Assembly: GCA_049599895.1 (NCBI GenBank)
Contig: JBMYPC010000047.1
Location: 1 to 22,042 of the forward strand
DNA: 22,042 bases
Direction: 5' to 3'
Source of the DNA: Bacteriovoracaceae bacterium
GTDB lineage: Bacteria > Bdellovibrionota > Bacteriovoracia > Bacteriovoracales > Bacteriovoracaceae
Position numbers and translations under genes: made by a program. Shown here piece by piece: positions 16,319 to 22,042 of the stretch (position 1 is its first letter; each line of letters opens with the position of its first letter). The notes under the pieces are model-generated. The model worked only from the letters and a program-made list of their open reading frames with translations, ran no database searches and was not told the DNA's origin.

Positions 16319-18235
16319 GTGCATACGATGAAAGACAGTCTTAAAACCGGTTACAAACTGACCTCCTATTCTTCGGGAAAGGTGGTTCATGAGTTTGTTC
16401 TGGAAAAGCGAAAACTGATTATCGGCAGGAGTGAAAAATGTGATCTCCAAGTTGATGATGATCGCATCTCTCACTATCACGCATTTATTGAAATCCTGGA
16501 TGAAGGAATTCGAATCATTGATCTTTCAAGTATTAATGGAACGTATATTAATGGAGATAAGATCGAGTCTGCTTTTGTCACCTTTGGAGATCAAATCTCA
16601 TTTGGAGGACTTGAATTTCAAACCACTGAGATCATGGGAGAATCCTTAGAGGTTGAAGATTCTGATGAGAATCAGGTTCGTAAGGTTGATGCAGCAGAGC
16701 TTACGGCATTCACACCTCGACTGACTCCTGCTGAAGGTCTCGTGGTTATCGATGGCGAATATTGTGACATTAATTTTGACGAGTCTGAATTTAAAATTGA
16801 ATCTGAAGTTGAGGCCTTTACAAGAAATCTTTCAAAAGAAGACTATGTCGATGCTTTTGATGAAAGACAAATTAAACCAATTCTAAAAGAAGCAAATGGA
16901 AAGGCCATTCGTGTGACGATGCTCACGATGGGAAATATTCTTTCAGTGGATTATTTGCCTCTTAAAGCAAATTCGACCTATTTTATGTCACAAAGTCGAA
17001 GTGATAAAAAGACCGTTCTCATCCCGACTCTTTCCACAACTGAACGGGTTCCTTTTATTAAGATCGCAGGAGATCAAATTACAGTGATCAAACCTGAACA
17101 CTTTGAATATTTTGATGATGCCAAAAATGAGTCTTTTAAAGCTTATGACTGCGAGAATATCCCTTATCAAGAAGGACAACCACTTCATTTTATAATGGGA
17201 ACAGTGGAAATCCGCATCGAAACGGTTGATGCTCCAGACTCTCTTAAAAAAGCCACCTTCTTTGACCATGATAAAAAGCTTCACAAAGAGGCCGCAAAAG
17301 TTTTTTCTGCAGTTCTTAGTATTCTTCTTCTTTTACTCTTCGTTGATCTTCCAGAGCCAGAAGAGGAAGAAAAGAAAATTGCTGTTATATACCGCCAGAA
17401 AATTCAAAACAAAAAGACCACAGAACCCAAGTTTTCAAAAGAAGTTGCTAAAGAAAATGAAAAAGTGGGTCAAAAGAAAGTAGAGCAACCTAAAGCTGAT
17501 AAAAAACCACAATTTGCAAAGAAAAATAGAACTCCGGTGAAGACTCAAAAATCACCACAGAAAAAAGTCGCAAAAAAACAGGCGAAAAAATCTCCAAAGA
17601 AGACCTCAAGTCGAAGAAACAAAAGAGTGGCCAAAAAACCAATGAAAACCTACAAGCTCAAACTTGATCGTTCGGTTGCTTCATTTTTGACATCGAAAAA
17701 CAATTTAAAATCACCAACTGTTGAAAACAGTGCTAGTGCTTCGAGTATTGGTTCAAGTAGTGTTAAGGTCTCTGATGGTAAAGTTTCAACTCAGTCAAAT
17801 ATAAATATGGGGACATTTGGACAGGACTATAAAGGAAAACTTGCAACCTCAACAGGAACAAAGGGTCTCTCACGCAAGAAAGGTTTTGACACAACTTATG
17901 TTGAACCTAAAACTGTTGTCCTTGGCTCTATGGATCCAGAGCTTCTGAGAAAGATCCTAAGAGAGTACTTACCTCAATTCCGTCATTGTTATCAAAAAGA
18001 ACTTGAACATCATAGCGATGAAATCTCAGGTGTTTTAGACCTTGGCTTTAGAATTAATCCTAATGGAGCTGCAACAAAAGTCAGCATTCGAGCAAAGGAT
18101 TCACAATTCTCGAGAAGAGGAACAAAATGCATGAGTTCAGTTCTTAAGCTTATTAAATTTCCAAAACCGAAAGGTGGTGGTGTTGTTGATGTTAAACAAC
18201 CACTTAACTTTTCATCTGAAAGAGGAAAAATCTAA
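16319..18235 (+). CDS. gltG: FHA + TM + AgmX/PglI (TonB_C-like) protein, GltG-like energy transducer
   Basis: N-terminal FHA ('IGRS..CDLQVDDDRISHYHA...DLSSINGTYING'), single TM 'VFSAVLSILLLLLFV', Lys-rich linker, and C-terminal 'GSMDPELLRKILREYLPQFRHCYQKEL...C...FPKPKGGGVVDVKQPLNF'. GTG start with GAGGG RBS; ATG 16328 is an alternative. Confidence 0.85.
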   Translation: MHTMKDSLKTGYKLTSYSSGKVVHEFVLEKRKLIIGRSEKCDLQVDDDRISHYHAFIEILDEGIRIIDLSSINGTYINGDKIESAFVTFGDQISFGGLEFQTTEIMGESLEVEDSDENQVRKVDAAELTAFTPRLTPAEGLVVIDGEYCDINFDESEFKIESEVEAFTRNLSKEDYVDAFDERQIKPILKEANGKAIRVTMLTMGNILSVDYLPLKANSTYFMSQSRSDKKTVLIPTLSTTERVPFIKIAGDQITVIKPEHFEYFDDAKNESFKAYDCENIPYQEGQPLHFIMGTVEIRIETVDAPDSLKKATFFDHDKKLHKEAAKVFSAVLSILLLLLFVDLPEPEEEEKKIAVIYRQKIQNKKTTEPKFSKEVAKENEKVGQKKVEQPKADKKPQFAKKNRTPVKTQKSPQKKVAKKQAKKSPKKTSSRRNKRVAKKPMKTYKLKLDRSVASFLTSKNNLKSPTVENSASASSIGSSSVKVSDGKVSTQSNINMGTFGQDYKGKLATSTGTKGLSRKKGFDTTYVEPKTVVLGSMDPELLRKILREYLPQFRHCYQKELEHHSDEISGVLDLGFRINPNGAATKVSIRAKDSQFSRRGTKCMSSVLKLIKFPKPKGGGVVDVKQPLNFSSERGKI

Positions 18236-18241
18236 ACTGTC

Positions 18242-19399
18242 ATGAAAAAACATAATAATGCTCTCGACTCTTTTCAAGAGACAATATTTGCAGTGATGAG
18301 CCGTAAGGCCATCGAAAATAAAGCGATCAATCTCTCACAAGGCTTTCCCGATTTTCCTGGACCAGAATGGTTAACAGAACTTGCCGCTGAGGCCTTCGCT
18401 TCTTTGAAGTATCAACAGTATGCTCCATCTCCAGGAATCCTTTCTCTTCGAGAGGAGCTTTCAAAAATTTATAATGATCGCTACGGCTTAAATTATGACC
18501 CTGCTCATGAAGTTACAATTGTAAATGGTGCAACCGAGGGAATTTTCTCTTCACTTATTGCTCTTCTAAACCCAGGTGATGAAGTTATCATATTTGAGCC
18601 CTATTATGATTCTTATCTCGCTTCAATAAAGCTTGCGGGAGCAATTCCAAAGATTGTCACTCTGCACGCACCAGAGTTTCAGTATCGCTCTAATGAGCTA
18701 GAAGAAGCTTTTACAGATAAGACCAAATTAATCATTCTTAATACTCCTCATAATCCCAGTGGTAAGGTTTTCAAAGAGGATGAACTCAAAGAAATTTATA
18801 ATCTTGCACTTCAAAATGACTGTTATATTCTAAGCGATGAGGTCTACGAATACCTCACCTACGATCTTTTAAAGCATCAATCAATTGCACAAATTGAAGA
18901 CGCAAAAGAGAGAACTCTCGTGGTCTCATCAGCAGGAAAAACCTTTGGAACAACTGGCTGGAAAGTTGGTTGGGTGATGGCGCCAAAGGCCTTATCAAAG
19001 AGTCTTCGACTTGTTCACCAGTTTAATACATTTAGTGTCTCTCACGCCTCTCAAGTTGCTGTCTGTAAGGGACTGATGAAGATTGATCAATATCTTCCAG
19101 AGTTTCAGTTTCTTTATCAAAGAAAAAGAGACTTTTTCTTAAAGGGGCTTCAATCTCTTGGCTTTAATACTGTGACTCCTGACGGAACCTATTTCATTCT
19201 TGCTTCATTTGAAAAGTTCTCACAAAAAAATGATGTGGACTTTGCCTTAGAACTTATTGAAAAATATCAGGTCGCAACAATCCCTCCTTCCGCTTTTTAT
19301 CAAAACTCAAACGACGGACAAAAGTATCTAAGGTTTTGTTTCGCGAAAAATGACGAAACACTCTTAAACTCACTTGAGAACCTTAGAAAACTAAAATAA
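18242..19399 (+). CDS. PLP-dependent class I/II aminotransferase (YbdL methionine aminotransferase / DapC-like subgroup)
   Basis: 'INLSQGFPDFPGP', 'NGATEGI', 'LNTPHNPSGK', 'SDEVYE', PLP-Lys motif 'SSAGKTFGTTGWKVGW', 'LRFCFAK'. Confidence 0.9.
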   Translation: MKKHNNALDSFQETIFAVMSRKAIENKAINLSQGFPDFPGPEWLTELAAEAFASLKYQQYAPSPGILSLREELSKIYNDRYGLNYDPAHEVTIVNGATEGIFSSLIALLNPGDEVIIFEPYYDSYLASIKLAGAIPKIVTLHAPEFQYRSNELEEAFTDKTKLIILNTPHNPSGKVFKEDELKEIYNLALQNDCYILSDEVYEYLTYDLLKHQSIAQIEDAKERTLVVSSAGKTFGTTGWKVGWVMAPKALSKSLRLVHQFNTFSVSHASQVAVCKGLMKIDQYLPEFQFLYQRKRDFFLKGLQSLGFNTVTPDGTYFILASFEKFSQKNDVDFALELIEKYQVATIPPSAFYQNSNDGQKYLRFCFAKNDETLLNSLENLRKLK

Positions 19400-19400
19400 C

Positions 19401-20405
19401 CTAGGCAGCATCTCTTTTAATTTGTTGTTTAAGACGACGCTCATCAAGAAGACGGTCAGTAAGATATTTCAGGACATCAAAGACTCTCACAATGGCCATG
19501 GGAAAATCGTCCTCATCCATAATGAGAACTCTTTCATTTCTGGTTTTTTTTATCAGTCCAATTGCATGAGCAAGAGTGTGTTTATACATAACAGCAATAA
19601 AATCTAAGTTCATAATTTCTTTAACTGGAATTCGAGGGTCTGGTTTAAAATCAGTTTGAATTAAGTAATTGATAAGCTCTCTGGCTGAAAATACTCCTTG
19701 AACCATTGTCTCATTCTTAGTGATGACACATTGAGGTTGACGGTTTTTCTTACACTTCTTTATAAGGTCTTTAAGAGAGAGTGACTCATCCACAGCAAAG
19801 GCATCAGTTCGAATAAGCCCATTACACTGAGTTTTAAATACTTCAAAGTCCAATTGGCCAAACACAAGTTCATTAAAATCAATCTCCATAATATGCTCAT
19901 CGAAATGAGTCCACTGAAGGAGATCATCCCCTTGATAAAAAGAGATGTCTCTCTCTTCTATCAGCCAATCAAAAAACTGGTCACAATCAATTACGTTTAA
20001 GAATTCACCTGATTCATTATTAACGGGAATAGAACTAATTTCCAAGCGGGCCATGATATTAAGAGCATTAAGAATAGAATCACTTTCGTTGAGGGCCATA
20101 GGATTGGAGATCATTAGTTTTTTTGCCTCTCCCCCATCTTCAGTAATAAAGAAGTTTGTAAATTGATAGACGAGATCGTTTCGACTAAAAACCCCTGAAA
20201 GCTTTTTTCCATCGAGAACAGCAAGACATTGATCCTGAGTCTGGTGGAAATGATGGACAAGATCTCTAAATGAAGCTGTTTCTTCAAATGAATGAGACTC
20301 AGATATTTTCATAACCTTTTTAAGGCTATTGTCTCTTAAAAAGTCTAGATACTTTGCCATATTCTCAATATCTCCAATGAACTTATCGGAAACTTGAGTA
20401 AACAA
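19401..20405 (-). CDS. Tandem CBS-domain protein (two CBS pairs)
   Basis: CBS-like segments 'LAVLDGKKLSGVFSRNDL', 'ISSIPVNNESGEFLNVI', 'VQGVFSAREL', 'VLIMDEDDFPMAIVRVFDVL'. The true start may be ATG at 20360, which has GGAG upstream, rather than TTG 20405. Confidence 0.75.
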   Translation of the reverse strand: MFTQVSDKFIGDIENMAKYLDFLRDNSLKKVMKISESHSFEETASFRDLVHHFHQTQDQCLAVLDGKKLSGVFSRNDLVYQFTNFFITEDGGEAKKLMISNPMALNESDSILNALNIMARLEISSIPVNNESGEFLNVIDCDQFFDWLIEERDISFYQGDDLLQWTHFDEHIMEIDFNELVFGQLDFEVFKTQCNGLIRTDAFAVDESLSLKDLIKKCKKNRQPQCVITKNETMVQGVFSARELINYLIQTDFKPDPRIPVKEIMNLDFIAVMYKHTLAHAIGLIKKTRNERVLIMDEDDFPMAIVRVFDVLKYLTDRLLDERRLKQQIKRDAA

Positions 20406-20439
20406 CTTTAGCCCTAACCACCCAGAATTACTAACCTTT

Positions 20440-21138
20440 TCAGGAAGAATGAAGCCTTTGCCAAAAAGAATAAAGCCCGTAAATAATGAGAACTAAGCCC
20501 AAAAGAAAAGTCATCACGTTCAACGTTTGAAACTTCGAACCTCTCAAAAGTAAAAGACGAGCATATTTTTTTTTACTGAAAGGCTGATCTGAAAGTAAAG
20601 AGTTAAAATGTTCCTTAAATTCTTGCCCACTGCTGAGCTTGGCGTTCACATTTTTTTGTTCCAAGGTTTTAACAATATCAAAAATTGATTTTGAAACTTC
20701 TGAGAGCTCAACATTTAAGATTCTTGCGACCTCTTTGAGATCTTTTCCTTCTTTGAACCAAAAGAAAAGAATCTCTCTTTGAAATTGAGAAGTGGTGATT
20801 TCTTTAAGCTCATCTAGAGTTTCAACTTTTGGCCATTGGATCGAATCCAAAGTGTTTAAATTAAAACCTAAAACATTACTTTCAGTATGAGAAAGATTTT
20901 TTTCTTCAAGACCTGGTTCGAACTCTTTTAATTTCTTTCTTAAAAACCTTAGTAAATAGAGTTCTTGATGTTCAGACTGTTGTAAATAAAAATTCTTCCA
21001 TCTTAAAATCACTTGATCAAAGAGATCTTCTGAGGTTTCTGTCTTATCAGTGACAAAGAAAAAGTATTGATGGGCATTTTGAACTTCCTTAAGAACTCTT
21101 TTTCGATCAATTTCTTTGTTTTCATATGTCTTGAGCAT
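20440..21138 (-). CDS. Degenerate ECF sigma-factor-like protein with C-terminal transmembrane helix
   Basis: Region-2-like 'AHQYFFFVTDKTETSEDLFDQVILRW...YLLRFLRK', region-4 HTH-like 'QREILFFWFKEGKDLKEVARILNVELSEVSKSIFDIVKTL', terminal TM 'VMTFLLGLVLIIYGLYSFW'. Confidence 0.55.
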   Translation of the reverse strand: MLKTYENKEIDRKRVLKEVQNAHQYFFFVTDKTETSEDLFDQVILRWKNFYLQQSEHQELYLLRFLRKKLKEFEPGLEEKNLSHTESNVLGFNLNTLDSIQWPKVETLDELKEITTSQFQREILFFWFKEGKDLKEVARILNVELSEVSKSIFDIVKTLEQKNVNAKLSSGQEFKEHFNSLLSDQPFSKKKYARLLLLRGSKFQTLNVMTFLLGLVLIIYGLYSFWQRLHSS

Positions 21139-21143
21139 TTTAT

Positions 21144-21965
21144 TTACGAGACGTCTTTTCTTGAGAAATAAAATCGATAAATAGCAAGAAAGCCCCCTGT
21201 CACAAGGAGAAAGTGTCCTATTTGAAGGGCAATTGTTTCTGCAGGAAGTGACTCTTCACTAATGAACGAAGAAGATATTTTTCCAAGTACAGAAAACCGA
21301 GGAAAAATCATGTAAAGAACGACTGCAATTGATTTGAGAATAGTCATATCACCATTAAATCTTTCGGCAATTTCTGCACCAAAAAAAGCTTGTGATGAAA
21401 GAAAAAGAGTGAACATTAAGATAAACATAGAAACAAAGTTGGCGAATCGAGGCAACCAATTTGAAAAGAACATAGAAAGTACAATGACCCCAAGGCATTT
21501 AAGGACATTGGGCAATGTGGCCAAAAATAAATCCATGCCAAGAATCGATTCATTTGAAGTGATTGAAAATAGAATCCCAGCAAAAAGGAGGGTCACGAAA
21601 TAATAACCTAAAACAATAATCCAGGTGCCAAGAACTCTCGCTAACAGATAAGTCGTTCTCGATATTGGTTGAGTTAGGATAAGAGGAAGAATTCGTGTCT
21701 CTTCATCAAAGTTCACACTCGATGTCCCTAATATAATGGCAAGAAATATTGACCAGAACTCAAGAACACCATTAACAATAAATAAAGACTGGTTTCCAAT
21801 CATACTCCCAAGGCTTGGATCAACCAGGTGCTCAAAGATGAGATTGATACCTAGGTTCACAAGGCAAATCAGAATTAACGAAAAGAATGTAAACAGAAAG
21901 AGGGCCTTAGACCTAATTTCTCTGAGAATGGAATTTGTCACAATTGTTTTAAATACTTGCATCAT
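21144..21965 (-). CDS. ABC-2 type transporter permease
   Basis: About 6 TM segments, N-terminal 'IVTNSILREIRSK' and the ABC-2 motif 'DEETRILPLILTQPISRTTYLLARVLG'. Confidence 0.85.
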   Translation of the reverse strand: MMQVFKTIVTNSILREIRSKALFLFTFFSLILICLVNLGINLIFEHLVDPSLGSMIGNQSLFIVNGVLEFWSIFLAIILGTSSVNFDEETRILPLILTQPISRTTYLLARVLGTWIIVLGYYFVTLLFAGILFSITSNESILGMDLFLATLPNVLKCLGVIVLSMFFSNWLPRFANFVSMFILMFTLFLSSQAFFGAEIAERFNGDMTILKSIAVVLYMIFPRFSVLGKISSSFISEESLPAETIALQIGHFLLVTGGFLAIYRFYFSRKDVS

Positions 21966-21968
21966 GAA

Positions 21969-22040
21969 CTAACCCTCATTGTCTTTTTTCACACTTTTGT
22001 AGAAAAATTCCTCAAGAGAGTTTTCCCCCAACATCTCACT
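21969..22040 (-). CDS. Partial CDS (3' end), probable ABC transporter ATP-binding subunit
   Basis: The minus strand reads ...SEMLGKNSLEEFFYKSVKKDNEG*. 'SLEEFF' is the usual C-terminal motif of ABC-2 ATPases. The stop is 3 nt before the permease start, and the CDS runs off the window. Confidence 0.6.
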   Translation of the reverse strand, partial: SEMLGENSLEEFFYKSVKKDNEG

Positions 22041-22042
22041 CA

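Noticed and set aside
878..21972. Other short antisense or alternate-frame ORFs in the track (e.g. 878..1183, 2541..2915, 4972..5325, 13507..13809, 16184..16480, 21334..21603)
   Set aside because: All lie wholly or mostly within longer well-supported CDSs and show no motifs or independent RBS evidence.

Overview
AT-rich bacterial DNA whose gene content points to Bdellovibrionota, probably Bacteriovoracaceae/Halobacteriovorax-like (inferred, not searched). The core (6547-18235, + strand) is a ten-gene Agl-Glt-type envelope motor / gliding-motility locus. It begins with a lipoprotein adhesin carrying a long Ser-Asp tandem-repeat stalk and a VWA/MIDAS head. Next come a GltA/B-like OM beta-barrel, a GltC-like TPR protein and a GltF/CglF-like small protein. 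After a probable sigma-28 promoter follow the AglR/Q/S (TolQ/ExbB + 2x ExbD) motor, GltD-like and GltE-like TPR proteins and a GltG-like FHA-TM-TonB_C transducer. Left flank: DUF6178-like protein, VAT-1-like MDR oxidoreductase, a eukaryote-type sphingolipid delta-4 desaturase/C4-hydroxylase homologue, a CBS-tailed cation:proton antiporter and an alpha/beta hydrolase. Right flank: PLP aminotransferase, tandem-CBS protein, a degenerate ECF-sigma-like protein with a C-terminal TM anchor, an ABC-2 permease and the end of a probable ABC ATPase. No rRNA, tRNA, CRISPR or mobile element was seen. All family calls come from motif recognition by eye, not from database searches.
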